64,000 nucleotides of DNA from Cladosporium halotolerans (Eukaryota): the NCBI RefSeq assembly GCF_011745625.1, contig NW_027191455.1:744001-808000 (forward strand), read 5' to 3'. A program made the position numbers and the translations under genes. The notes under the pieces were generated by a model. The model was not told where the DNA came from. It made no database searches and saw only the letters and a program-made list of their open reading frames with translations. The first letter of the stretch is position 1, and every line of letters starts with the position of its first letter. Below are positions 12,133-24,313 of this stretch, in pieces.

Positions 12133-15100
12133 TATTACCCTTTACTTAGTTGCACGAAAGGGATTAGGTATCTTCGTAATAGTACAAGTACAAGTCGTAA
12201 GGATGAGCTGATGGAGCGGAGGAAGGATGAGGGAGATAGATTTCGCACACAGGCGGGGACAATGGCATGTTTAAGCAGCTCAGAACCGACACAGTTCGGT
12301 GATCGGCGGAGGCTTGACGACGTGACGCAAGACCCTGCGCTGGATCAATGGTGTCGTCGTTGGCGGTGCTCAATCAACGTCAATCTAGCAACTGGCATCC
12401 GTGGGTACAAGCGATATGGGCTCAACACCAGGCATGACAGCATAGCCAGGAAGGAAACGCAGCTAGGCCGACTCGCGTCGCGCGCTATCGGCAGCGCATC
12501 CGTCACAAAAGGCGGAGACACTGCATCAATCGGGCGAAAAGCCAGGTGAGATGGGTAACGATGTGGCTGTCAACGTCGTCAAGGTGGCGGGTCCTCGGAG
12601 GATAGAGTAAGGCCCGGACCGCGAGCTGTGGAAGAAGATCTCGGAACCGCATCAGCTTGATTCAGTGTGCCTGAGGTATATGGCTGCATTTTCTCAAATG
12701 ACTTTAGCGTAGACTCTTAGGGGACCCGCTCGCAATATATACAGGCTCTCAGGCCCATCGATGCCATTCAATGCGTGAGCTTTGATGTGAGAGTTCATGC
12801 CGTGAGACGCGAGGGCCGATTTCGAACGACACTTCTAATGCGCCTGCAACGGGATAGGAGATGAACCAGCTTGATGCCATGGTTGGATGGCCTGACTCAA
12901 CATTCAAACGCCTAGAGATTGCGCAGAATTTCGCACAAGCAGCGTTACTGCAGTGGCCACGACCCAACCCTTGCCATACGATCGCAACGATGTGTCGTCT
13001 TCCTAGCGAACCGGCCTGCCGACCCAGCTGACTGGGTGTAGTGACAGGGATCTGGGCGATCGAAATGCGCATCCAGGAGCAAGTCTCCAGGCATGGAGTC
13101 ACCGCCTGGAGAGCGCTGTTCCCTGCATAGCAGGGCAGGCAAGTGATACGATGCGATGATCGTGGATTTGCCTCTTCTGCCACCATCAGTATGCACACAC
13201 CTCATCCAAAGAAGGCACGCATTTGGCGATCGTGCTGTCACACCCTGTCGCAAGCTTGGTGCGTCACGTTGGCGTTGCTCGGCACTCGAGCTGAGCTGGC
13301 AGCACGTTGGCGAACCGAACAAGTGCGAGACGAGTGAGGTGGAGTTGTTGAATTGCCGAATGTGGTAACGGGCGAGGAGGTTGGAGAGGCAAAGTGTGGG
13401 GAGGGTGGACCTCGATGATGTGTCGAAATTTGGTACCAGGTGAGCGGCACGCAGCGGACGGGACGATCGCTGATATCCGCGGAAGTCAAAGTGTCGCTGC
13501 GAGAAGCCGTGCGGACCTTATAGTCGCCATAGTGTGGGCATGTTGATCTGTGTAGTCTGTACAGTACAGCATACCGCTTGTCGCCGCCCGGCGATGAGGT
13601 GAGAGCCGCGGCAAGACGTGCTGGAGCGCCTCAAGCATGCTGCCACATGTCGCTCAACCACCTGGCGTTCCAGCGTCGCGGTCTAGCGCTTGGTGCTTGC
13701 TCTCTAGAGTCCCCAATGCCCCCGTCGCGCCCTGGGGCGACTGACATACTTGCATGCAGCGTGACGGAGCCTCACCAGCACGTCCTCGCCCTAATCCCGA
13801 ACGGGATTTTGCACCTCTTCTGCTGTCTCTTCTAGCTATGGCAGGAATGCGTGGGATATTTGAGACATGCTAGCTCAGGCACACGTGTGTGAACCTTCAC
13901 GCGCCAGAAGTATCCAGTCACAGCATGACAACGAACCACACAGACCTCACTACGCATACTCACTATCTGATGATTGACTAAAGGGGCAAACGACGGGGCG
14001 GAGTTTCGTTGTGGTTTAGCAGGAATTGCTCCGCTTGGTCGATCGTACCCTCGCCCTGGGATCGAACATCCCAGCGATGATGAAGTATCTACTCCACCTA
14101 CACGCCACGACTCCGCTCGCCGTGAGCTCCTCTCTATTTCTCGCCGAGCTTGTCTCCATAACGAGGTCAATCGATCGTCTTAATGCACGACAGTGGATCA
14201 TCTATTTCCTCTCAGCCGGTGCAGCCGCTTCGTTGCCCGCCTGTACATTAGGCTACCATCGTCTTGCTCGGCTGCATGGCGCTGCTTTGGGGTGCGCGAC
14301 TGCTGCAGCGGTCGGTGCGAAGCCGTGTAGGGTGGTTGCATCACGTAGGACGAGCCACCGGGCCGGCGGCATGACCCCGATCTCCGACATGGAGAAGGCG
14401 AAGTCAAACAAACCAGTGTGCCGTTTCTCCATGTTGCAGCAAACAGCCTGCCTGTCCACAATGTATCCGAAAGTTTGTAGCATTCCACGGCTCCATCAGC
14501 CCTCTCTGGTCAAAACAACATTCATCCATTCCGTAGGGATGGCAGCACCTCGATCTTGTGTGGATGCGACGGAGAGGCTTCTTGAACGTGGATGGTATCA
14601 TCTCCAAAAAGATTTGTACCCAATTTACCGTACTGCTATCCGTTCTGGATAATCTAAAGTCGGACTCTCGTCGAAGAGTCGGATGGTTGGCGGGGGACAC
14701 AAATTTCCAGGAAAATGGTGGTAAGTCAAGCCACCGGACCGGCGCATGCCTGCGATTTTCCACCTGCAGACAAAATCAGACATACCAGTGTGCCATTCTA
14801 CTATAGTATTGCAGATATAAACATAATTAGGTCGACCCGTCCTCCTCGTCTCCCGCGCGAAAAGATGGAAAACGTCAACGGCAGCGCAGCTTGTTGCAGG
14901 AGGAAGCATTGGAGTTATGTTCATCAGCAGCATTCCGAAGAATGGCATACAGCACGTAGGAGATCTGAGTGAAGAGGAGAACTTCTTGCCGAACTCAAGA
15001 TCAAAGGGTCGTTGCTGAATTATTGTAGTAAGAACGTGGTTAGTGTGTGAATGGTGGCTACTATGTACAGCCCAGTATCTTCTCGGTCAAGATAATCGAT

Positions 15101-15425
15101 AGGAGATGCTAAAGAGTATGATTATCGATCTTCGGAGGGGCGTTCCACGGTCGCAATCTTGCGAAATCATCGTTGTGGGACCAAAACTGCGAAAACCCGC
15201 TGGTTGCCCTGGGGGGGTGACCTCCTGTGGGAAGGAAATGCAAACCAGACCTTCTAAAAAATCTCAAAAATAACTGGATGATTAAATGATCGATGCTACG
15301 GTCGCAAGCTTGCGAAACCATCCTCATAAGACCGGAATTGCGAGTACCCGCCGGTTGCCCTAGAAGATGGCCTCTTGGGGGCAAAAAAAGACTTTTCAGG
15401 TCAAGAAATGCAATTATATATCTCT

Positions 15426-15432
15426 AAAAAAA
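15426..15432 (-). terminator. RNA polymerase III oligo-T terminator of the tRNA-Ala gene
   Basis: T7 run on the minus strand just downstream of the tRNA 3' end, preceded by a shorter T run at 15437-15441. Confidence 0.7.
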
Positions 15433-15445
15433 TCGTAAAAATCAA

Positions 15446-15527
15446 TGGAGGACAAGGTAGTCGAAACCTTGACCTTCCGCATGCTTTAAGATGCAAAGCG
15501 GACGCTCTACCACTGAGCTAGACCCCC
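15446..15527 (-). tRNA. tRNA-Ala(TGC) with a 10-nt intron (15482-15491)
   Basis: Minus strand reads GGGGGTC TAGCTCAGTGGTAGAGC G TCCGC TTTGCA[TCTTAAAGCA]T GCGGA AGGTC AAGGT TTCGACT ACCTT GTCCTCC A. It has the G3:U70 alanine identity pair, A/B boxes, an intron at position 37/38 and a downstream oligo-T tract. Confidence 0.95.
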
Positions 15528-15930
15528 TGGTGTTGATTTTTGGATGATGTAATGTTAAAATTTTGCATTTGTGTATAATGACATTTTGCTCAGCTGCCAA
15601 GGACTTGGCCTTCCACCCATGGGAAGGATCATGAGCTCCATCAAAAAGACCATCAGGAAAATCGATTAAGAGTAATAAATACAGGTGTGGGCGAGGAAAG
15701 TCGATTGTCCCGTTGGCTGCCGCGAAATTTCGCTGACAGCCAAGGCGCTCTGGCGAACAGCGCAACACACACGATGACGATTGTTGGTTGTGATATCTGC
15801 CTCTCAAAATTAATATCCCTCGTGGTGGAGAAAAGACGGCACGTTTGATTCCCAGGATGAGTTCGTCTATCTCTCTCTCGCTAAAGCGCAGTCCTGTCTG
15901 CATTGAGCACACGTTCATTGGCATTCTGCA

Positions 15931-15945
15931 CCAACCCTAACCCTA
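15931..15945 (+). promoter_or_regulatory. Telomere-like motif CCAACCCTAACCCTA (possible Tbf1/telobox-type site) upstream of the methyltransferase gene
   Basis: Exact 15-mer repeated at 17355-17369 and, reversed, at 38852-38866. Function is inferred. Confidence 0.45.
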
Positions 15946-16362
15946 CTTACCCGAAACGAGGCAACCTGGAATGACCATTCCATGAACCAAAGTAAGCCTC
16001 GCTGACCCCTTTTTGTAATACATTTACCCCTATGAGCTGGCTTCATTGCAGTCACAGGAGAGGCTATGATAGACTACAAGTAGAGCTACCAACTATATCT
16101 AAGGTCTCCTAGCGCGGAGATAATGCAGGATCACTCGGCCGAGCTGAGAAGGATGCCGAATACGACTCAACCAGACTCAGCTTGGGCTTTGGCTCTCGCT
16201 TCTCTCTCATCAAGAATCCTGATGATTGTCAGCTGCTGTCAAGGTTGGTTGTATAAAGAGCGCAGAGATGTCCAGGTCAAGTAGCCACTTCCACAGATCC
16301 TGCTGCCTTTGAACCTCCACATACAGTCTATTGGAAATCTATAACCCACCACAAGCCCCACA

Positions 16363-17208
16363 ATGGCTTCTACGTTCGACAAAGTGATCATTACAAACGA
16401 GCGGGTCACTGGCGTACCCGGAGCTGAAATGCTACGGCTTTCCGGGATAGAGCAGCAGAATGAAGTAGACGTTCTCGACCTCGCCTGTGGTGGAGGCATG
16501 ATCACAAGCGAACTTCTCGAGACAGCTTCCCGCCAACCCAACCTGCACATCAATAAAATCCTCGCCGGTGACATCGACGACCAGATGCTTGACTTCGTCA
16601 CCAGAAAGCGCGAATTCAACGTCAAGTTAAACTCACAATCTCAATGGTCGCGGGTGGAAACCCAAAAAATGAATGAGGCATCCATCCCTCAGCCCGACTC
16701 TACATTCACGCACGTCTTCAACAACTTCGGCATCTTCTTCTGCCCTGGCCAGGATTCGGCGCTCTCGGAGACCTACCGCGTCCTCAAGCCCTCCGGCATT
16801 GCGGGCTTCACGAGTTGGAAGGCCATCAGCTGGTGGGCTGAAGTCGCAGAGCCGGCTCTTGCGAAGTTCTTGCCTGAGGCGACAAAGCTACCCAATCCCA
16901 GTGGGATGTTCCCATCGTCGGGTTGGAACGACCCGGATGCTATTCCTACCAAACTTGAGAAGGCTGGGTTTGTCGATGTGAGGGTGACCGAGTTGGTGTT
17001 CCCGCCTAGGGTGGAGGCGGAACCTTTTGCGGCGGCGACTGCGTTCCTCGTGAAGAGCATTGCAAAGAGAGTCTGGTCGGAAGAGGATTTCAAAAAGTTC
17101 GGTGATCATATTGAGTCCGCATTATTGAAATATTTGAAGGAGACTTATGTAGATGGCATATGGAATGGAAACATGAAGGCAATTGTCACGCTTGGGTCGA
17201 GGAAGTGA
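16363..17208 (+). CDS. Class I SAM-dependent methyltransferase (UbiE/Methyltransf_11/25-like), intronless
   Basis: Motif I VLDLACGGG, acidic motif AGDID, and ETYRVLKPSG motif; TATA-like tataaag at 16252. Confidence 0.9.
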   Translation: MASTFDKVIITNERVTGVPGAEMLRLSGIEQQNEVDVLDLACGGGMITSELLETASRQPNLHINKILAGDIDDQMLDFVTRKREFNVKLNSQSQWSRVETQKMNEASIPQPDSTFTHVFNNFGIFFCPGQDSALSETYRVLKPSGIAGFTSWKAISWWAEVAEPALAKFLPEATKLPNPSGMFPSSGWNDPDAIPTKLEKAGFVDVRVTELVFPPRVEAEPFAAATAFLVKSIAKRVWSEEDFKKFGDHIESALLKYLKETYVDGIWNGNMKAIVTLGSRK

Positions 17209-17354
17209 TGAAGTCAGGAACATAATGTGGCTTGAAAAGATAGAACATCTATTGTATTCGCATCACGCTTAACATAATGTACTCGCGACATTGAATTAGC
17301 TTCACTCGTAATCATGAAGTCTGAGAGGATGCAAAGATCATCCGACGTGGAACC

Positions 17355-17369
17355 CCAACCCTAACCCTA
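17355..17369 (+). promoter_or_regulatory. Telomere-like motif CCAACCCTAACCCTA upstream of the oxidoreductase gene
   Basis: Second exact copy, 439 nt before the ATG at 17794. Confidence 0.45.
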
Positions 17370-17793
17370 TCGACCCCAACAACCTGAGCTCAAAAGCCGA
17401 GATCAATTGACCCCGCTTGCCCCTCATGACGCGGAGATTCGTATGGGACCTGCCACATCTGTCGACCATGTTTGTACATCACGGAACAAGATGCCGCCTT
17501 GCCGCCGACCATCGCGATGCGTTGCCAGCTTCCGATGGAAAAGGGCTCCGTCCAGGCCGTAGCTGTGTATTTACCCGGAGGCTCTCTTCAAACTCGACGT
17601 GAGCTACAATCGGATGAAAATAGTTGCGACGCCAGCTTTGTCATCTGCGCGTGGACCTGCATCCATGGCAACCCTGTTCAAATGCCGCGGCGTTCTTACA
17701 CGTAGCAGCATCTTTTTTCCCCATCACAAAAGTTCACATTTCCTTTCTCCTGGCAATCTCATACCACGATTTCCCACAGTCACATACTCCACC

Positions 17794-19038
17794 ATGTCTA
17801 AATTTCAGCTGAAATGGGGCATCCTCGCTACGGGCGGCATTGCTGAGAGCTTTGCCCGCGATCTCTGGCCAAACCCCGAGACCAGAGACGTGAAGGACAT
17901 TGAGCACAAAGTTGTCGCAGCCGCATCTTCCTCGTCCGCAAAGCGCGCCGAAGACTTCCTCAAGGAAGTGCGCGCTGTTGACGGCGCAAAGGCATACGGT
18001 TCCTACAAGGAGCTCGTCCAGGACCCCAATGTCGACATCATCTACGTCGCAACTCCCCACAGCCACCACTACCAGAATGTGAGGCTCTGCCTTGAAGCTG
18101 GCAAAAACGTGCTATGCGAGAAGGCGTTCACGACAAATGCTGCGCAGCTTGAGACTTTGGTCAAGATCGCGAAGGAGAAGAACCTCTTCCTCATGGAGGC
18201 TGTATGTCCAGTCGTCACACACCCCGGTTGTGGAACAAACCGCTAACAAACACTCTCGCAGGTCTGGACTCGCTACTTCCCTCTCTCCATCTACGTCCGA
18301 GACATCATCACCTCCGGTAAGATCGGTACCGTCTACCGCACCTACGCCGATCTCAGCATGTCCATGGCGCCCGAGGACACTTTCGACGACAAGCACCGCA
18401 TGGTCAACCCGGACCTCGCCGGCGGCGCCTTGCTCGACCTGGGCATCTACGCCCTGACATGGGTCTTCCAGACCCTGTACCACACTCAGAAGAACCCGCA
18501 GCCGCCGAGCAGCGTCCTCGGCGCGATCAGGAAGTACAAGACCGGGGCAGACGAGCACACCAGCATGCTGCTGACTTTCCCGCGCGAGAGTGGAGGTGAC
18601 GCTCACGGCATTGCCACGACCAGTATGCGCGTCGCGGCCGACCCTGATGGTAAGGGCACCGCGGGTCCCTCCATCCGCATCCAAGGCTCGGACGGCGAAA
18701 TTCAGGTCTTCCATCCTGCCTACCGCCCCTCTCGTACCAAGTTTATCCACAAGGATGGCACGGTTGACGAGAAGAAGTGGGAGTTCCCAGGGCCCGGCAA
18801 GGGCAGCGGCTGGAAGAACGGTTTCGGCGGCGGCTGGCAAAACGAGGGCGAGGGTCAGGGCATGTACTGGGAGGCGGACGAGTGCGCGTACGCTCTTCGC
18901 GATGGCAGGAAAGAGGGCAAGTATGAGAGCCTGGAGGAGAGTGTGGTGATCATGAGGGTCATGGATGAGGTGCGCAAGCAGAACAACATGAAGTATCCCG
19001 AGAAGATTGAGACGGTCGACTACCCGGTCGACTTGTAA
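17794..19038 (+). CDS. Gfo/Idh/MocA-family oxidoreductase (dimeric dihydrodiol dehydrogenase / D-xylose dehydrogenase-like); intron 18202-18261
   Basis: WGILATGGIA Rossmann motif, YVATPHSHH, VLCEKAF, MEA|VWTRYFP restored by splicing, and GGALLDLGIY. Confidence 0.9.
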
Positions 19039-19560
19039 GTGTGGTTGAATAACACACCGGCAACGATATATATGCAATGAACATATTAATCAACTCATCA
19101 CCACTTCCTGATCAAGACGGTAACGCGTGCATCGATACATAAGCATGTTGTATCACGTGGTGGAAAGTTTCCTGTGCCGCCGAGCCGCATCTTTTAGCTC
19201 GCAGCTTCCAGGCGTCCCGTTGTGTGACAGATGCACCCCGAAAGTATGACACGCATTTGTCTGATGTGTCACTGCAGCAGAGCAGACGGGAGGCAGATCA
19301 AAGCGAGAGTACATCGCTTTGAGCGATGAGTATTAGGGCATGAGCGTCCGCCGCACACGCAAGCATTCGCGATCTTCGCGCCGCCGCCTTTGCAATGACG
19401 CAGCAGAGTGACGTAGGCGCCGCGCGAGGCCCTCACCCACCATGTTTGTTTCTTTATCCTGGCAGCGCATCCTCCGCGCTCGTCTCCAGATCGCTGCTGG
19501 GAAGCATTGCTTGACTCGACTTTCGCATCTTGAGCGCATCCTGCGACTGCGACAGCGAAA

Positions 19561-21669
19561 ATGGCCGACAGCTCTGGAGTCGCATACAAGGATCTGGTTC
19601 CCTTGCCAGACACCGAGGCCGTCACCGAGCCGGACAAAGAAGAAGCCGCGCGCGCATTGCACGATGGCCCCACCGCGAGCCATGCTCTGGCAACCTCGCC
19701 TACCGACGAAGTTGGTCTCGTCCAACAGGATCATGATGAAGAAGTGAAGGACTTGGGTTGGAACGAGCCCAAGGAGTCCATTCCCACGCCGCTGGTGGGC
19801 GGCATGGAAAATGAAGACCTTTGGGTGTTGGTGCGCCGTTTCGACAAGGTGAGTTATGTACAATCTTGAGCCAATGGATCAGCTCTTCTCACGCTTTTAC
19901 AGCAAATGTACCATGTCAAGGAATATCCCTACCCCGTCCCGAACGACCTTGATCTTAACATTGCCGATGAGGATGAATTCTCGCCGGACAAGCTCCGCGC
20001 GAGCATCGAACGACTTTATATGACCGTCGGAATTGGCTTGATGGGATTTGGCAAGCAGATCATGAGGCTGCGCTCATGGCGCGAGAAGAGACGGACGTCT
20101 TGGTTCTGCGCGGCGTACTTCGTCGCCTGGATATTCGACCTACTCACCCCGCTGTTCATCACGACGCTGATCACATTGATTGTGTATCCGCCGTCAAGAG
20201 ATATTATGTTCCCTCCTGCTCCGTTGGCACTTGTGTCTGCTAAGACAGGGGGCGTGCAAAAGCCTAAGGCTGGTGTCTTGGGCTCGACCGACAGCGCTAC
20301 TGGCGCGCCCGAAAATCACAAGGGAGAGGCAGTCGAAGCAGAAGCCTCCAACTTTGTGAACAGCATCGCCTCTGTCGCCCTGAGCTCAGCCTCAGGCAAG
20401 CATCCTCAAAATGAGCCACCATCGAATGAAGAGGCTGGAGCACCAAACGACAGCGTTCCGGATCCTACTGCTGTGGCCATTGGAGCCAGCGATGCCAGAG
20501 CGAAGCAGAACGGTGCCAAAGAGAAACACGACAAATCGAAAGTCCCCATGGAGACAGCCATGTGGAACGGTATGCGGCCGATCATGCATGGCATTGGCGA
20601 CATGAACGACACTTGGGAGCGATTTGCTAACGCTCTCTCTCCGACGCCTCCGTTCCCTCGTGATGTGTACCGTCTGCGCCTGGCTGCTGTTGTGGTTCCT
20701 CTACTTGCCGCGTCATTCTTTATCACTAGTTACATGGTAGTGAAGGGACTCACTTTCGGCATTGGCTTTGGATTCTTCGGTGACCCCGTCATCCAGCCCG
20801 GAATCAAGTGGCTCAACTCCACTTACCCCAACTGGCAGAAACTACTTGAGCTTCGAAACACTCTGCTGAAAGGTGTGCCTACCAACGCGCAACTTACACT
20901 CACCCTCCTTCGAATCGGCGAGGCGAACAAAGCTCCATTGCCTCCGCCTCCCTCCGCTGCAAAGCCGCCTCCAGACGAGCCTGCTGCAATCACCGACGAG
21001 CACTTGCGAACTGCGGGCGCTGACGAGCCTCTGAACGCAACTCCAGAGGAGCTCAAAGCAGCCATGGAGCATGATCCAAACACCGCGCACGAACATACCG
21101 GTGATGACGTTGCGGCGTCAAAGGAAAAGCCCCACGGCAAGAAAGGCCACCACGTACTCGGAGCTTTCAAAGCCGGCGTCAAAGGTGCCGTCTCTTCCGC
21201 CCTCGGCGCTGATCACCTCAAGGCAAAGGCAGGCTCCGGACACGCCAAGGACCGTCTCGGTGTGGTACCACGTGATCCGGCGTCAGACGTGTCTGGCCCG
21301 TCGGACTTCAAGTGCAGGTACCACGGCCAGAAAGGCTACACATACATTGCGACAAAATCCACGATCCCGTGCGTCGCGTTCAGCATTGACAAGAAGATTG
21401 CGACAGAGGGCACAACAGGGAGAGAAGAGAGGGAGTTGAATCCCGTATGGAGCGTGCCTATTGGCGACATCAAGGAGTTGAAGAAGGTCGGCGGTCTTGG
21501 GTGGAAGGCCAAGCTGGTTGTGGGTTGGGCTTTGGATCGCGAGGTTGCTGATGGCCTGGAAATTGTGGACAAGCTTGGCAATCACTTTACTATCACTGCG
21601 ATGGTGCTCAGGGATGAGCTTTTCAACCGTCTGGTCGCTATGGGCGGCCAGAAGTGGGAGGCTTGGTGA
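19561..21669 (+). CDS. Conserved fungal membrane protein (DUF3292-like); intron 19849-19902
   Basis: GTGAGT..CAG intron joins LVRRFDK|QMYHVK. Contains EFSPDKLRASIERLY, hydrophobic segments and a C-terminal RDELFNRLVAMGGQKWE motif. Family name is from recollection. Confidence 0.75.
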
Positions 21670-22360
21670 GAGTAAGATGCGTTTGTATGAATGCATGGTC
21701 CGTTGGGTTTTCCTTCCTGATGGTGGCTGGTCACGATAACGACGAATGAGCATGAATCCCGGGATTCCGGACACCGAAAAGACTGAAATTGAGTAGGCGT
21801 ATGCTTATCGCACTTTCACGTGCTAGTCAAGAACCTTAATGATACCTCAGTATTACACTCGACTCTGATACGTCCTGCATCAATTCGATGTCCATCGATT
21901 CGTTGAATCTACAAGACCCGCACTCGCATGCATCGAGTCAAGCAAAGCATACACACGCACCATGAGTAGAGAGCTGAAAATAAATGTAGTGGCAACTTTC
22001 CCTTCTTTCACTCCAATGTTACGACTAAGGTGATGCGGTACACGCTCTTCTACCTCCATGGCTTCCAAGGCTTTCAGGCGACTTCTTGAAGTCGTCATTC
22101 GAGTATTGCACCTGCACCTGCCTCACCATCCGCAAACCCCGCATGCCCTTGATCATGAACTGTTGGTGGAGATTTTCGACATGACCTACGATGCCATCCG
22201 TCACATCCTTAGTGCAGACTACATTTCGGCGCATTCACTCGTTGATAAATTGGTCGACACAGCCATGAGACGCGCGCTACCCTTTCGTGGCCGCCCGAAG
22301 CCACAGTAGCGAGAAGAGTGGCCACCCATTACTACTGGCAATGCACTCCCAACAGATACA

Positions 22361-23440
22361 ATGCCTCGATCGATAGGAGCGCTTTACCGATCCCTCCCAA
22401 TCCCTGCGATAGTCAGACGATCATACGCAGACGTGTTGCAGTCCAAATACCCGGCAAAACCGCAATCCCCAGTCCACAAGGTCTTCTGCACCGAAGAGCT
22501 CCTAGAAGACATCCTGAGCCACCTGCCGCCCCTTCAATTGCGCAATGCGCTCCTCGTCTGCAGGCGCTTCCGCCGCTGCATCGATCCCAAGAAATGCTCG
22601 CGCAAGATGAAAAGGGCGTTGGGTCTGGAGTTCACGAGGAGACGGTGGAGTGATCTCGCATGGGAGATCTACCAGCTCAAGCGCTGCTACAAGATCGACC
22701 ATTTCCACCAGAACCTGCTCTTCAACGTCAGCTTCAGCACCAGCTTGACGCTTGGCGAGGAAATCGTGCCCGTGCTGCAGATCGCGCCGTTCCAGAGATC
22801 CTCCATTATGCTGTCCCCAGGGGAAGACTGTGTTACGATACAGCTAATGTTGAAGAGTGAGGACGTCAACACAGAGATTAGGGACCTTGCGCCGAAGGGC
22901 GTCGTCAGACTGCAGTCAAGGGGCTCCGTCAACATGGAGTTGTACGACGATCGCTATCGCCACAGCTGGAAGGATATGAAGGTCGTCAAGGCTGCTGTCG
23001 TCGTCAAAGTATTGATTAGGGTCGACTTTCGAAAGGTCATGATCGCAGACATGCACAACATAGGGCACTGCGGGTTTCCTTTCTGCCACGTCGGCAGTCA
23101 TGGGTTGCAGGAGGTAAGTACCACGGATTCAACTACGTGAGCTCTGACAGATGTGTGCCAGCGTGCTGACGCTTTCTGCAACTAGACTGTCAAGTGTTTC
23201 AGCCCTCAGGATGCCACCTTGGGCAATTTGCTCGACTTCCTTGACGTGGTTGAAATGGAAGTCATGCAAAATAACTCGTTTATTGAGAGCGTCAACCGAA
23301 GCAGTTTCGTTACGAAGGGGCGAAGCCCGTGGATAGGTATGTTGCTCTCATTGACCCTTTGATGCCGTACTACTTATTGACGCAAATAATTAGGGAGGAG
23401 AGGAGATCCTCCGCTGCAAATCACCCCTAGCTGGAATTGA
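22361..23440 (+). CDS. F-box domain protein; 3' structure uncertain (likely introns 23114-23185 and 23337-23393)
   Basis: N-terminal F-box-like segment VFCTEELLEDILSHLP...LLVCRRFRRCI. The downstream frame is reconstructed through canonical splice sites, and the C-terminus may be degenerate. Confidence 0.6.
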
Positions 23441-24313
23441 TGAGGGTGCTGAACGAAGCCACCAGGTGGGGTTTTGCGACCTCACAGCTTTAGGCAAAGA
23501 AACAGATAAGAGGCTGCAGCCAACAGACTAAGCCTTCAGGTTTGCAAAGTGTCTTGAGAAGATATGATGCCTGTCTTCGAAATGGCACAGGAGAGAACAC
23601 TTCAGAATTCTGCTCTCTCAAAGGCGCTACTCGTTGGTTCTGATGAATGGGAAATCGCCGATACTGGGTGTTTTTCTCGCAACGTGTTCGACTGTTTTGA
23701 CCAGATTCACAAGAAACTTCGCCCAACCAAGTCAAAGATCTTTTCCAAGCATTCTATTGACGCCGGATGAACCATGTCCGTAAGAGCTTTTGCATTCCAT
23801 GCCGCCACCAGCTCCAAGTTGAGACAGAACAAAGACGGGACCCAGTCCTGCGTGATGCTGCCAAAATTAAGGCATTGTGGACATTACACAGTGCTGCCCC
23901 TCAAGGGTTCGATGTTCTGAAGAACGTATGAGATGTTGTCATATCTCAGGTAACTTTCGAACAACGATAACGCTTCGTTCGAAGGGTGTGCTCAAGCTGA
24001 CTTTGATGACAAGGAGACACTAGGGCAGTGAAGTACTCGACAAGCCGGCGTAGCATTGAAGGGGACAACAAAGCCGTGCTCGTCGGCCTTCACTCTTCGC
24101 ACGGCACGGACCTGGGTGACGTTAACTGCTGGCATTCAATCGATCACGCGATGTGTTTTGCTTGACTTCAAAGTGTAACCATTCACTTTTGGCTCTTCGG
24201 CGCCAACTATTTGAACCGCAGCCCCTACTAGGATCGAAGCTCAAAAACTCATCATCGTGCTTGGCACACCGGAAAGCTCCAAAGATACTCGCTTCTATCG
24301 GTCACAGCCCAAA

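Noticed and set aside
21747..21771. Similarity to 51551-51575 (shared TGAGCATGAATC)
   Set aside because: A single 12-nt match with partial extension and no flanking repeat structure; compatible with chance in 64 kb.
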